Source of the DNA: an uncultured virus (IMG/VR IMGVR_UViG_3300032462_001943)
Lineage: Duplodnaviria > Heunggongvirae > Uroviricota > Caudoviricetes
DNA: 64,000 nt
Virus record (IMG/VR): IMGVR_UViG_3300032462_001943
Direction: 5' to 3' (one strand)
How positions within the stretch are numbered: the first letter of the stretch is position 1; every line of letters begins with the position of its first letter. Below the pieces are notes generated by a model. The model was not told where the DNA came from. It did no database searches and was given only the letters and a program-made list of their open reading frames with translations. Below are positions 1 through 10,010 of this stretch, piece by piece. A program made the position numbers and the translations under genes.

Positions 1-126
1 CGGCAGTAGCAATTGAACCGGCAGTAGCAATTGAACCGGCAGTAGCAATTGAACTGGCAGTAGCAATTGAACTGGCAGTAGCAATTGAACCGGCAGTAGC
101 AATTGAACTGGCACTAGCAATTGAAC
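1..126 (+). repeat. 7 x 18-bp tandem repeat (YGGCASTAGCAATTGAAC) encoding AVAIE(P/L); truncated by the window edge
   Basis: Directly visible; in frame with the downstream methyltransferase ORF. Confidence 0.95.
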
Positions 127-872
127 TATTAAAAAGTGAAGAGTGGCCTGAAGCTGTTCCAGATTTTTTGATTTGTGAAGACACAGAATTAGATAAAATG
201 GAAAGAGGCGAAGGAATTCTGAGTTACATCAGTGAAAATTTGGAGAATAAAACATTTTTAGATTTCGGATGTGGCGAAGGGCATGTTTCGCACCTAGCAT
301 CCAGCATGACATCTAAAAGTGTAGGATACGATTTATCTCAGTTGGGTTCATTGGGTTGGGAAAAGGAAACGGAATCAAAATTTTTATTGACTACAGATTT
401 CAATAAAGTTCTAAACTATGCGCCCTATGATTTAATTCTTTTATATGACGTTTTAGATCATTGTCAAGATGTTTTAATTTTGCTTAACCAACTCAAATCT
501 ATATGTGGACCAAAAACTAAGGTTTACGTGCGATGCCATAGCTGGATGAGTCGTCACGGCACTCACTTGTACAGAAAATTAAATAAGGCTTGGGTACATT
601 TGTTCTTCACAGATGAAGAACTTAGTGCAATGGGATTGAAACCAGAATATACTAGGAAGTATTTTTTTCCAATAAATACTCAAAAAAAATGGTTTTCTGA
701 TTCTGGGTTTGAAATAATTCATTCAAGCATAGTTAAAACTGAAGTCGAGTCGTTTTTTTCCAAACCGGAGTTAATTTCAAGACTTCCAATTGAGTTCAAA
801 GATTGTACATACTTACCACCAGAATTTCAAATGAGTCAAGTTTTTAATGATTATGTATTAAAGGTAATTTAA
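3..872 (+). CDS. Class I SAM-dependent methyltransferase with N-terminal repeat (5' partial)
   Basis: Frame open from nt 3; motif I FLDFGCGEG, YDLILLYDVLDH. Confidence 0.8.
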   Translation, partial: AVAIEPAVAIEPAVAIELAVAIELAVAIEPAVAIELALAIELLKSEEWPEAVPDFLICEDTELDKMERGEGILSYISENLENKTFLDFGCGEGHVSHLASSMTSKSVGYDLSQLGSLGWEKETESKFLLTTDFNKVLNYAPYDLILLYDVLDHCQDVLILLNQLKSICGPKTKVYVRCHSWMSRHGTHLYRKLNKAWVHLFFTDEELSAMGLKPEYTRKYFFPINTQKKWFSDSGFEIIHSSIVKTEVESFFSKPELISRLPIEFKDCTYLPPEFQMSQVFNDYVLKVI

Positions 873-1771
873 TGAAATTGATATATGGTATGACGTGGGA
901 TCATCATTATAGTGGCTGGGCAGGTTGCTTGAATTCTCTTCAACAACATTTTGAATGCCTTCCAAATATAGATTTGGTTGGATGTTTAGACCATGCAATG
1001 GCTCACAATAATTATTTTATTAGTCCGTGGGTTGGTTTTTTACACAATGTTCCAAAGCACCCTCTGCACATGAAAGATATTTATGGAATTTTCGATTTAG
1101 ATTTAGAAAGAATGGTTGAGTCTGATTCTTGGAAAGAAAGCATAATTCATTGTAAAAAAATATTCGTATTGTCTCAGTATTCTAAGAATTTTTTAATTGA
1201 TAAAACAAATGTTCCAATTTGCGTTTTGAAACATCCTACTTTTTTCCCCGATGTGAAATTTGATATTGATGGATTTACAAATAGTGACGAAAAGTGTTTG
1301 ATTTTAGTAGGGCAATGGCTGAGGGATTTTCAGGCAATTTTCGATATAGAAACTCCATACAAGAAAAAAATTCTTGTTGCAGAGTCATTTCTAAATGAAG
1401 CTATTCATAGAGTTTTCAGAGTTAATGACGATGTCGAGTTTGTAAATTGGTTGCCGAAGGAAGAGTACGATAGACTACTTTCTTCTAATTTGGTTTTTTG
1501 TCCTTTGTTTGACTGTAGTGCTTGCAATACACTCGTCGAGTGTATTGCAAGGAATACTCCAATTGTGTTGCCAAGATTGCCAGCAGCAGAAGAATATCTA
1601 GGTTCAGACTATCCCTTGTTTTATGATTCTCTTCAAGATGCTTCTGCGTTGATAGAAAATCATGAAAACGTAGTAAAGGCACATTTGTATTTGGTCGCTA
1701 TGAATAAACAGGATTTAACATTTGATTATTTTTCTAATTCTTTTTTGAAAAAATTCGTACGCTTCATTTAG
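872..1771 (+). CDS. Glycosyltransferase-like protein (GT-B-like C-terminus)
   Basis: NTLVECIARNTPIV...EEYLG-type C-terminal motif; glycan gene context. Confidence 0.5.
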   Translation: MKLIYGMTWDHHYSGWAGCLNSLQQHFECLPNIDLVGCLDHAMAHNNYFISPWVGFLHNVPKHPLHMKDIYGIFDLDLERMVESDSWKESIIHCKKIFVLSQYSKNFLIDKTNVPICVLKHPTFFPDVKFDIDGFTNSDEKCLILVGQWLRDFQAIFDIETPYKKKILVAESFLNEAIHRVFRVNDDVEFVNWLPKEEYDRLLSSNLVFCPLFDCSACNTLVECIARNTPIVLPRLPAAEEYLGSDYPLFYDSLQDASALIENHENVVKAHLYLVAMNKQDLTFDYFSNSFLKKFVRFI

Positions 1772-1777
1772 GTTTTT

Positions 1778-2500
1778 ATGTTGCACAATTTCAATCCTTA
1801 CAAACTAAATCCTAGTTGGATTCTATGCACTCCAAGAACGGGATCGACTTATCTTTGTAGTCTGCTCAATAACTTAAATGTTTTTCCTTCTTATGAAATT
1901 CTTCATCCTTCTATGCGAGAAATTCAAATTGAGCATATGGGCATCATGAGTAAAAATCATACATTTGGAGAATGGTTGCGGTTTTATACTTCTGAACAAA
2001 TAGTGGAATCTCCACCACGTTTTACCAAAGCTCTTTTTTATCAATTTTCAAACATTGCTCCCAAGCACTTTAGCTTTCAGACTGTATTGCCTAATATTAG
2101 GCTTATCGTACTTAAACGATCGAATTTGTTAGATCATACTTCATCTTTGTATTTGGCAAAAAAACTTCAAAGATGGCATTTGCGAAATGAAGAAGATTTA
2201 CGAAATTACGTGAATACAAAAGTTGAAGTTGATGAATCAGAACTTATAAAAACTTATGAAGAAACTATTTCACATTTTAATGTTTGGGATAGTCATCTAA
2301 AAAATGTTACTTATTTAGAAGTGTACTATGAAGACCTATTATCTGATCCGTTCGGTTTCATGAAAAAAATATTGATATTTTTAGAAGTATATGCTTCTAC
2401 TAAATTGATTGAAGAAAGTATATTAAATACAAATTTGGAGTTGGTTCCAACCAATCATCCCGCCAAGTACAAAATTATTTCATTTCTTGAAAATCTATGA
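1778..2500 (+). CDS. Sulfotransferase (Stf0-like)
   Basis: PAPS-binding-like loop TPRTGSTYL, LKRSN..S, VYYEDL. Confidence 0.75.
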   Translation: MLHNFNPYKLNPSWILCTPRTGSTYLCSLLNNLNVFPSYEILHPSMREIQIEHMGIMSKNHTFGEWLRFYTSEQIVESPPRFTKALFYQFSNIAPKHFSFQTVLPNIRLIVLKRSNLLDHTSSLYLAKKLQRWHLRNEEDLRNYVNTKVEVDESELIKTYEETISHFNVWDSHLKNVTYLEVYYEDLLSDPFGFMKKILIFLEVYASTKLIEESILNTNLELVPTNHPAKYKIISFLENL

Positions 2501-3225
2501 TTAGAAATAAAAAATTCAACACAAGTCCAATGATAGTACACGCCCCAGGCGATATTGACTTCAATTTTCATTGGCACAAAATCAAAGACGCACTCCCCAA
2601 AAAATCATCAGTTGAATGCAACTGCGTACCTCGACTTGAAATTATAACTTGGAATTCCAGTGAAAATTCAACCGTTAAAAAAAATGGATGCTTTGAAGCA
2701 TCGCTTCAAATATTTGGGCATTCATGTAATTCTTTAGAATCTCAAACTTGGTCGTCGAATAGAGAAAAAATCAGATTAAGTGTTGATTTCTTAAATCACT
2801 CAACTGCTGATTTCATATTGGGAGTTGATTCTTCAGATGCGATTGTCGTTGCTCCATTGAATTCTATTGTTTCGCAGTTTTTAGAAATAGATTGTGATTT
2901 ACTTTTCAATGCTGAAATTAGATTCTCTCCGCCTCGTGGGCTAAATGAAATAAAATCATACGAAAATTCTTTGCCTACTGCTCCGTACTTTTTGAATGCT
3001 GGAGCATGGATTGGTAAGAAAAATTTTTGTTTACATTTTTTTCAAAAGGCTTTAGATATATCTGAGTCGTATTTTGAATTTTTACATTCAGAGCAAGTTT
3101 GCATCAAGAAAGCGTATAAAAATATGTATCCTAAAGTAAAAATTGATGATAAGTGTCTAATTTTTCAAAACTTAAATTTACAAGAGCCTACCGACATAAT
3201 TATATGCGAAGCAGAGTGGTTTTAA
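2497..3225 (+). CDS. PLOD/procollagen glycosyltransferase-like domain protein
   Basis: GVDSSD, LLFNAE, FLNAGAWIG, SEQ, IDDKCLIFQNL resemble the PLOD GT domain. Confidence 0.65.
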   Translation: MIRNKKFNTSPMIVHAPGDIDFNFHWHKIKDALPKKSSVECNCVPRLEIITWNSSENSTVKKNGCFEASLQIFGHSCNSLESQTWSSNREKIRLSVDFLNHSTADFILGVDSSDAIVVAPLNSIVSQFLEIDCDLLFNAEIRFSPPRGLNEIKSYENSLPTAPYFLNAGAWIGKKNFCLHFFQKALDISESYFEFLHSEQVCIKKAYKNMYPKVKIDDKCLIFQNLNLQEPTDIIICEAEWF

Positions 3226-4135
3226 TCATGTAATCAACTCGATTTTTTGCCATATGATGCGACTTCATTATTTCCAAACATGCGGTTGCAATCAAATTTC
3301 TTTCTGCGTCATTATTTAAGAAGGTTATTGCTTTTTCTATAGCCAAACTAATTGATTTTGGCTTGCTTGAATCAAAGCAAAAAAAATGAACACCATCTTT
3401 AGGCTCATTTTTTGTTTTGATAAAAGTAACATCTCTGAAAACCAAAGCGCCAGATGCAAATGCCTCCCAAGTCCTTGAGTCTCCATCATGATTTTGAGGA
3501 AATGCTGTAAAAATGATTTTTGAATCACCTAATATTTGTAAGTAATTTTTGTAGTTTTCGTTATTGTATTTGTTTATTGAGTTTCTACCTTCAGACCCAT
3601 ATGATGTAGTTTTTCCAATAATTGAATTTTCAAAATTTGAATTTGTTAATTTTTGAACCAGAATTGACCTTCGTCCACCTGCATCTTTTTCAAACAAACA
3701 AGCTACATCTATACTTCTTTCAGAATTATTATCATTTAAGTATTCTTCGAGAACGCAATAATCTAAATGGAAAACTTTGCTAGAATACTTCATTATTGAT
3801 CTGTTTTCTGTCACTAATGATCGTTTGAAATAAGCAATGGACTTAGTCAAGCATTCGTCATCAAGAGTGGCGAGATCGCCATAGTCATACCATATGATCT
3901 TTTTCCACAAATTCGATTGATTCAAAAAATCTTTGTAAATAGGATTGCCACAAAATATCAAATCATACTGATGTATGTTTCTTAGTAAATCTAAACATCT
4001 TGGTTTAACTATTATTCCGTTTATTCTGTAGCTTTTATCTACATCAAAGTTATGTTCAAGTTGAACTAATCCTTGATTTATTATCAGAGATGATCTTGGA
4101 CCTAAGTGGGACAGGTGCGCAAATTTAATGTTCAT
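3200..4135 (-). CDS. Glycosyltransferase (group 1/CgeB-like)
   Basis: DSRTWEAFASGALV, DGVHF, C-terminal H...R motif. Confidence 0.65.
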   Translation of the reverse strand: MNIKFAHLSHLGPRSSLIINQGLVQLEHNFDVDKSYRINGIIVKPRCLDLLRNIHQYDLIFCGNPIYKDFLNQSNLWKKIIWYDYGDLATLDDECLTKSIAYFKRSLVTENRSIMKYSSKVFHLDYCVLEEYLNDNNSERSIDVACLFEKDAGGRRSILVQKLTNSNFENSIIGKTTSYGSEGRNSINKYNNENYKNYLQILGDSKIIFTAFPQNHDGDSRTWEAFASGALVFRDVTFIKTKNEPKDGVHFFCFDSSKPKSISLAIEKAITFLNNDAERNLIATACLEIMKSHHMAKNRVDYMIKTTLLRI

Positions 4136-4901
4136 ATTTTATTTTACTTTCAATCAACAGTGACTTCAAATTATAGACGGTTAAAGTTGGATACATGCTT
4201 TGATAAAAAGTTTTCAAATCTTTTGCAAAACAGTCATTCAAATTGTTTATAAAAACACAACCTTCAACTTTGGTAGTTCCAGCCAAATGCGATAATCCGC
4301 TGTCTATTCCAATAAACTTACGACACTCTGAGAGCAACTCTGCTATCTCTGCTATTGAGCGAAGTTTGAAGTCGTAATCCAAATATGAAATAGTATCCTT
4401 ACCGCCCAATCCAAAAACGATACATCCGGGCGTGTTGCGACTAGAAAACTTATCCAAAAGAAATTCCATTATCGCCACGTTGATAATTATTTTGTTTCCT
4501 TTGGTTCTGTTGTCGAATTGAAAGTATTCTACATTGCCTATTGTTGGCGTACATCCTATATCACGACGATATGATTTCAATTTAGGGAGCTTAACTGTCC
4601 CAAAAAAAGATATTTTTCGATTGATTTTAAAATGTTTACCATTCAAAAAAGGAACAGTAGTTAGGGATGGATATAAATCACAAATGCTACAATTGTTTTG
4701 AACTGGTGGTGTCACCGTGCCATCATACAATAATCCTGTGTATTCAAAACAATCAAAGAGTTCTTTGATGTATTTCGGGCCACGAACAGTAAATGCACAT
4801 TTGTTCAAAATTGCTACATTGTACAGACAGTTAAGAATTGCAATTGAGTCGCCCAAATGTCTGTTTGTGTTGATGGATACTTCAAATGTTACTTTAAGCA
4901 T
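4125..4901 (-). CDS. GT9 heptosyltransferase-like protein
   Basis: N-terminal HLGD and FIGIDSGLSHLAG motif. Confidence 0.6.
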   Translation of the reverse strand: MLKVTFEVSINTNRHLGDSIAILNCLYNVAILNKCAFTVRGPKYIKELFDCFEYTGLLYDGTVTPPVQNNCSICDLYPSLTTVPFLNGKHFKINRKISFFGTVKLPKLKSYRRDIGCTPTIGNVEYFQFDNRTKGNKIIINVAIMEFLLDKFSSRNTPGCIVFGLGGKDTISYLDYDFKLRSIAEIAELLSECRKFIGIDSGLSHLAGTTKVEGCVFINNLNDCFAKDLKTFYQSMYPTLTVYNLKSLLIESKIKYEH

Positions 4902-5563
4902 AGTTTTCTTAAAAGAACCAATGATGGTGGAATTGAATTTTCATTTCCGTAAAAATACTTTGGTTCAAGAACGCTGGGTGAAAATTCTTTTTCCCGATCT
5001 TCGCTGTTAAATGAAACATATGAAAAGTCTACTTTCATATGTTTTATAAAATAAGCGTCGAATTTTTCTTTTCCTTTACCTGAAACGTCATGTTGAAAAA
5101 TTCCTTTTAGTTCATCGATGTTAATTAACTCGTCCATCAATTGAATCCATCCGGTGTTGCCGTATAAATATCCTCCTGGCTTTGGACCATCAATAACTGC
5201 TAAAATTGAATCGGACTTAAAATCAATCTGTTTAATTACATTTTCGCCCCTGCCATCAACAATGGTTGAATTCGTAAAATGAAACGGGAACAATTGACAT
5301 TCTTCATAATCGAACCGAGCAGAAATTATTCTTCCATAAGGCTTCATGCAAGATGCTAAAATTGCTGTTGACCTGCCAGTTGCGACTCCTGATTCGAAAA
5401 GAATTTTCGGCTTAATTTTCTTGATTTCACAATAGATAAAAAAAAGCTCTACATTTGTGATGGAGCTTTTGGTACTCTTTAGTTTAAACCAATCATAAGT
5501 ACCATACAAATCAGACAAAATTTCATCGAATTCTAAATAAGATTCTAATGTATTTAATTTCAT
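4889..5563 (-). CDS. Methyltransferase-like protein
   Basis: LFESGVATGRST, IDGPK, HD. Confidence 0.55.
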   Translation of the reverse strand: MKLNTLESYLEFDEILSDLYGTYDWFKLKSTKSSITNVELFFIYCEIKKIKPKILFESGVATGRSTAILASCMKPYGRIISARFDYEECQLFPFHFTNSTIVDGRGENVIKQIDFKSDSILAVIDGPKPGGYLYGNTGWIQLMDELINIDELKGIFQHDVSGKGKEKFDAYFIKHMKVDFSYVSFNSEDREKEFSPSVLEPKYFYGNENSIPPSLVLLRKLCLK

Positions 5564-5569
5564 TTAATC

Positions 5570-6268
5570 CTAAGTATTCACAAGGTCCATTAGTATTTTT
5601 GTATTGCAACCAATCGAATCTACATAAGCTGCAAAAGTTTCTATCGTTTCTTGATCCTGTGCATCAATGTCATTGAGGTCTATATTCATTTCCGTCAACC
5701 ATAATTCACGCATTTGATAGAAATCTATGTTGCTCGCATTGCAGATGTTTTTCATTTGTTTTGTGAGCGTCTGCATAACAGTGTTGAATGTGTTTTTTGT
5801 ATGCCTGAATAATTCGCACGTCTTGGAGTCGGTCTGTAAATACCGATGATTTGAGCCACCAACACTTGCAAAAAGTTCTACGGCTTCTTTTGTGTCGCTT
5901 GGGATGCCTCCAAAAACAAACATTTTATTTTCACAGCATAAATGCACAATTCTTTGCCCTGTTTGCTGTTTGATCCGATCAACTGTTCCAGGTTCTACAT
6001 TAGATGCAACGATGAACAATCCTGCGTTGTTGCGTTGAATCGCATCTTCGATTAAAGTTGTATCGCAACGCAAATCTTTTATGTTTCGCTTTCGGGTAAG
6101 ACTTAGGCTTTTCGTTAGCGGTGATTCACAGATGATGGCGTAATTAAACCATGTGGATTCTTTGTCGTCCACTTCCCAAACACTAAACGTCGATACGTCA
6201 TGATTCTTGAAGAAGTGCCACATGCCCTCTCCGCTTAGATTGTCTCCAGCAATTAGAATTTTAGCCAT
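5570..6268 (-). CDS. Divergent UDP-glucose/GDP-mannose dehydrogenase-like protein
   Basis: SNVEPGT, FGG, CELFRHTKNTF resemble the STVxPGT and AELxKxxxNxF motifs but are degenerate. Confidence 0.5.
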   Translation of the reverse strand: MAKILIAGDNLSGEGMWHFFKNHDVSTFSVWEVDDKESTWFNYAIICESPLTKSLSLTRKRNIKDLRCDTTLIEDAIQRNNAGLFIVASNVEPGTVDRIKQQTGQRIVHLCCENKMFVFGGIPSDTKEAVELFASVGGSNHRYLQTDSKTCELFRHTKNTFNTVMQTLTKQMKNICNASNIDFYQMRELWLTEMNIDLNDIDAQDQETIETFAAYVDSIGCNTKILMDLVNT

Positions 6269-7385
6269 TGATGATTTTCTCCGCTTTGCTCATTGCTGAG
6301 GCAACTGTTTGGTCGATGTCAAGATATTTGTATTCTCCTAATCTGCCGCCAAAAGTTATGTCTATCATATCTTTCTTCAAGTCAAAATATTTAGCATACA
6401 GTCGAGAATTAGTCTCATCCCTTATGGGATAATATGGCTCCGGGTGATCTTTGAAAGAAACTGGTAAATCATATGAAACTACAGTTTGTTCGTTTGGGTC
6501 AATCAAAGGCTCATGCTTTGGCCCACGTTTGTAAAAGTGCTTGTGTTCTATCGTTCGTATGTGCGGCACGGACGAGTCAACGTGATTGAAGACTGCGTTA
6601 CCCTGAAAGTCGCCCTGATGTAACTTGTGTTCAAATCGCAGAGTGTTGTATTCAAGTTCTCCAAATTCGTAATTGAAGAACTTGTCTATAGGGCCGGTGT
6701 AAACAAGATGGTCGGCGTAATCCCGCCAACGATCCTTCATGCTGAAAAAGTCAACTCCTAAGCGAACGTCAATCCCGGACAGCATGTTCTCGATCAGCTT
6801 GGCGTATCCTTCTTTGGGTATTCCCTGGTATTTCGTGGAGAAGTAATTTTCCTCGTATGTGAAGCGAATAGGAAGTCTTTGAATTATTGAACTAGGAAGT
6901 TCCCGTGGTTCTTTCATCCATTGCTTTTTTGTATATCCATAGATAAAAAGCTCGTAGAGTTCAGTTCCAATTTTGTCCAAAGCCCACTCTTCAAAGTTTC
7001 TGGGTCTGTCGCAGACGACTCTAACTGAATTCAGTTTGCGACGGGCTTGTTCGGGCGTAACCACTCCCCAGAGTTGGTGCATGGTCATCATGTTGATCGG
7101 AAAAGAATAAACCTTATCGCCAGATAGCACCTTCGGTTTGTTCACGAAGTTTTCTATTTCAGAGAACTGACTGAGGAATGACCAAACTGCATCGCTTTGG
7201 GTGTGAAGAATGTGCGCACCATATTCGGAAACGATGATTCCATTGTCCCATTTTTTGTCGAATGCGGCTCCTGCGATATGCGGCAGTCGGTCAATGACAA
7301 GGCATGTCTTCCCCAGGTCAGTAGCTCTACGAGCAAATGTAGACCCAAAGAATCCAGCCCCGACAATTAAGAAGTCGTGTTTCAT
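6261..7385 (-). CDS. glf: UDP-galactopyranose mutase
   Basis: IVGAGFFG FAD motif, YGAHILHT, YTKKQW, EPYYP, GGRLGEYKYLD. Confidence 0.93.
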   Translation of the reverse strand: MKHDFLIVGAGFFGSTFARRATDLGKTCLVIDRLPHIAGAAFDKKWDNGIIVSEYGAHILHTQSDAVWSFLSQFSEIENFVNKPKVLSGDKVYSFPINMMTMHQLWGVVTPEQARRKLNSVRVVCDRPRNFEEWALDKIGTELYELFIYGYTKKQWMKEPRELPSSIIQRLPIRFTYEENYFSTKYQGIPKEGYAKLIENMLSGIDVRLGVDFFSMKDRWRDYADHLVYTGPIDKFFNYEFGELEYNTLRFEHKLHQGDFQGNAVFNHVDSSVPHIRTIEHKHFYKRGPKHEPLIDPNEQTVVSYDLPVSFKDHPEPYYPIRDETNSRLYAKYFDLKKDMIDITFGGRLGEYKYLDIDQTVASAMSKAEKIING

Positions 7386-8191
7386 AGTGATCCTAAATAA
7401 CTAGCAAGTAGTGCATCACAATATTCTTTTTGGGATGACCAGCCATACTTGTAGCAATCACGATTCCCCAAAAAGTTTGTAACCCAAAAGTCGATGTCGT
7501 TTTCCATGCGATAGCCCCATGCTATTGCAGTTTTCTTTCTTGCGGCAATGCCCCATAATCCTGCCCAACTATCACAGGAGACAACCACATTTGCTCTGTA
7601 TATTGTAAAAGCTATTGATTCAAGTATGGACCACTTGCCACAATGGTTTTCAATGTAAGGTATGTATTTATCTTTGACGCAGAGATGAATAGGATCATCT
7701 TCGGCACCAACCATTATGATTTTGTAGCCTTTGTTAATCAGCGTTTTGAGGCATCTATCCCATACTGGAATATAGTCGTCTAGGTGATCCTTCGGCTTCA
7801 TTCTCAAACTGATTGGTTGGAACAGTGCTATCTTGTCTCCAGGGACGTTTGGAATCAGATCGCTTAGGTCTACCCATTCACGAATATCGTTGTAGTCTCG
7901 GCCCGTCATTGGATGTTCTATCGGCACATTGTATTTATTGCTGAATTTGAAAGTATTTTCATTTCCATGTTCCACATCCATTGCCACTTCTTTGATGAAG
8001 TTGGTTCTGCGCCATATCTCATGGACAATTGGACTGCTGGGGATGTTAATCCCATTTGCAATCAAAAAGGGCGTAGTGTGAATGATTGCTTTATCATGTC
8101 CTCCAATGGACAAAGCAATGTGTTGACGACACAAATTCAAGGCTGTGTCACCAATCGCTCCAGATTCAGCGTAAATATGCAGGTTAGACAT
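7382..8191 (-). CDS. GT9-like glycosyltransferase
   Basis: GAIGDT, CGKWSILES, VSCDSW. Confidence 0.55.
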   Translation of the reverse strand: MSNLHIYAESGAIGDTALNLCRQHIALSIGGHDKAIIHTTPFLIANGINIPSSPIVHEIWRRTNFIKEVAMDVEHGNENTFKFSNKYNVPIEHPMTGRDYNDIREWVDLSDLIPNVPGDKIALFQPISLRMKPKDHLDDYIPVWDRCLKTLINKGYKIIMVGAEDDPIHLCVKDKYIPYIENHCGKWSILESIAFTIYRANVVVSCDSWAGLWGIAARKKTAIAWGYRMENDIDFWVTNFLGNRDCYKYGWSSQKEYCDALLASYLGSL

Positions 8192-8205
8192 CACTCTACT
8201 AGAGT

Positions 8206-8835
8206 ATGAAAAAGACCGATCTTCAGTGGCTTGCTGCCATTATGAACTCCGAATTAGATGCTGGCATGATTAGCGGTCGAACTATATTGGATCGTTTGCG
8301 ACTGATTGATGAAGATTCACGCAAGACGGCTCCGTATCTCGATCACCGATATGCACCGTTCTATTATCACCTTGGCAAGCATATCGAGCCTCTATCTGTA
8401 ATGGAAATAGGCTTCAGTCTCGGCTTGTTGAGTGCCAGTTTCCTTACATCTTGTAAATCAGCCAAGACATTTTTTGGCTACAAAGAAAATAGTCCAGATT
8501 TCACGCCTACACGAATTGGCAAAGCAAATATCAACCTCAGATTCAAAGGTGAAGCAAAATTTTACATCGGAAGACTTTACGATCAGGAATTTATCGACAT
8601 ATTTTCACCAAATCCGTGGGATTTAGTCATACTTAATGATGAGACAGTCTACGACAAACATTTGGAATATTTGGATGCCGTCTGGCCACAAGTCAGCGAA
8701 AACGGTTTTATAGTTGCCGAATATATTGACCGACACATCCCAGCCAAGGACGCCTTTTTTGCTTTCTGCGAAAGTAAGAATCGAAAGCCAGTGGTTTTTG
8801 AAACAAGGTATGGGACTGGCTTACTTCAAAAATGA
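8206..8835 (+). CDS. Methyltransferase-fold hypothetical protein
   Basis: VMEIGFSLG motif-I-like. Confidence 0.45.
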   Translation: MKKTDLQWLAAIMNSELDAGMISGRTILDRLRLIDEDSRKTAPYLDHRYAPFYYHLGKHIEPLSVMEIGFSLGLLSASFLTSCKSAKTFFGYKENSPDFTPTRIGKANINLRFKGEAKFYIGRLYDQEFIDIFSPNPWDLVILNDETVYDKHLEYLDAVWPQVSENGFIVAEYIDRHIPAKDAFFAFCESKNRKPVVFETRYGTGLLQK

Positions 8836-8846
8836 AAGGTGATTAA

Positions 8847-10010
8847 ATGAAAATGAATAAGGATGAGTTAAGAGAATATTTGAATAAGGACATCGAAAGT
8901 CTTCGTTCCCTGAATTTCAGTGAGCCGTATATCAAGTCGGTTTCTGAAAATACAAGCAAATGGGCCAATACGGGCCTGTTGGGAGGCATTGGCGATCCAC
9001 ATATTGGTCGCAATGTGGCGACCTTGCTGGAAAACCAGAGGCTGTTTAATGAACAGTGGCCGGGAAATGGGGCAACCCTGATTCCAGAGGGAGCAGAAAC
9101 CGATATTCCAATGGAACATTGGGCTTCTCAATGGAAAAGGGTTAGTATCCCTGTAATGAGGCGTGTATTTGGTGAGAATTTCATTGGACACCACATAGTG
9201 TCTGTGCAGGCCATGAAAAGTGGTCAAGAGAATACTTACTTGATTGGCTTTGATGGTCGCACAATGTCTGGAATGACAGATGCCAACACTCGCCGGTTAT
9301 CAGTTCAGTGGGATCATCCGATTTGGAAGCAGACTGAAGACGGTGCTAAATACGCTGAATTTAGAGGACAACAATATCACACGGGACTGGACGCAGAAGC
9401 CGAAGCGACCTCAGTATTTTCTGAGGCTATTTGTGCTGATTTCAGTCGAGAGATTATTCGAGATTTATCCATAAACGCTGGCAAGTCGGCTGTTGTTGAA
9501 TACAAGGACGAATCTCATCTTTTATCCATGGTTGAAGGAATGAGTGCATATATTGCTGCCAAATGTTACAACAAAGAGGCAACCTGGGTTGTTACGAGTC
9601 CAACGATTGTGAAGCTGTTGGGAGAATATATCGAACCAGCTACAAATCAGTGGGGCAACATCGTAAATATCATTGCCCAAAGAGAAGGCGTCAACAAGAT
9701 CGGGGTGTTGAATAAAAAGTGGCAATTGTTCGAGGACTCTACAGCACCAGCGGGGAATATACTGTTGGGGCTTAAAGATCATCGAAATCATTATTTTTCG
9801 GGATATGTGTTTGCCCCGTTCTTGCCAGTGAAGCCGATTCCTTCGTGGAAGACCGACGAACAAGAACAAGCTGGACACGTTTTGGCCCGCTACGGGAAGC
9901 GGCTCACCAATCCTGGCTTTTATGGCACGATAAAGATTGAGAACTTGCCAGAAGCCACTCCCTTAGAGAAATCGGAAGAGGCCGAAAGCGAGGAACAACA
10001 TGGGATATGA
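8847..10010 (+). CDS. T4 gp23-family major-capsid-like protein (probable divergent paralog)
   Basis: KWANTGLL...ATLLENQ, IPVMRRVF, IVSVQAM, ATWVVTSP, GYVFAPFLP...ARYG..NP. Confidence 0.75.
   Translation: MKMNKDELREYLNKDIESLRSLNFSEPYIKSVSENTSKWANTGLLGGIGDPHIGRNVATLLENQRLFNEQWPGNGATLIPEGAETDIPMEHWASQWKRVSIPVMRRVFGENFIGHHIVSVQAMKSGQENTYLIGFDGRTMSGMTDANTRRLSVQWDHPIWKQTEDGAKYAEFRGQQYHTGLDAEAEATSVFSEAICADFSREIIRDLSINAGKSAVVEYKDESHLLSMVEGMSAYIAAKCYNKEATWVVTSPTIVKLLGEYIEPATNQWGNIVNIIAQREGVNKIGVLNKKWQLFEDSTAPAGNILLGLKDHRNHYFSGYVFAPFLPVKPIPSWKTDEQEQAGHVLARYGKRLTNPGFYGTIKIENLPEATPLEKSEEAESEEQHGI

Noticed and set aside
1..126. Possible CRISPR array
   Set aside because: The units are contiguous with no spacers and are protein-coding. 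No CRISPR array was seen anywhere in the window.
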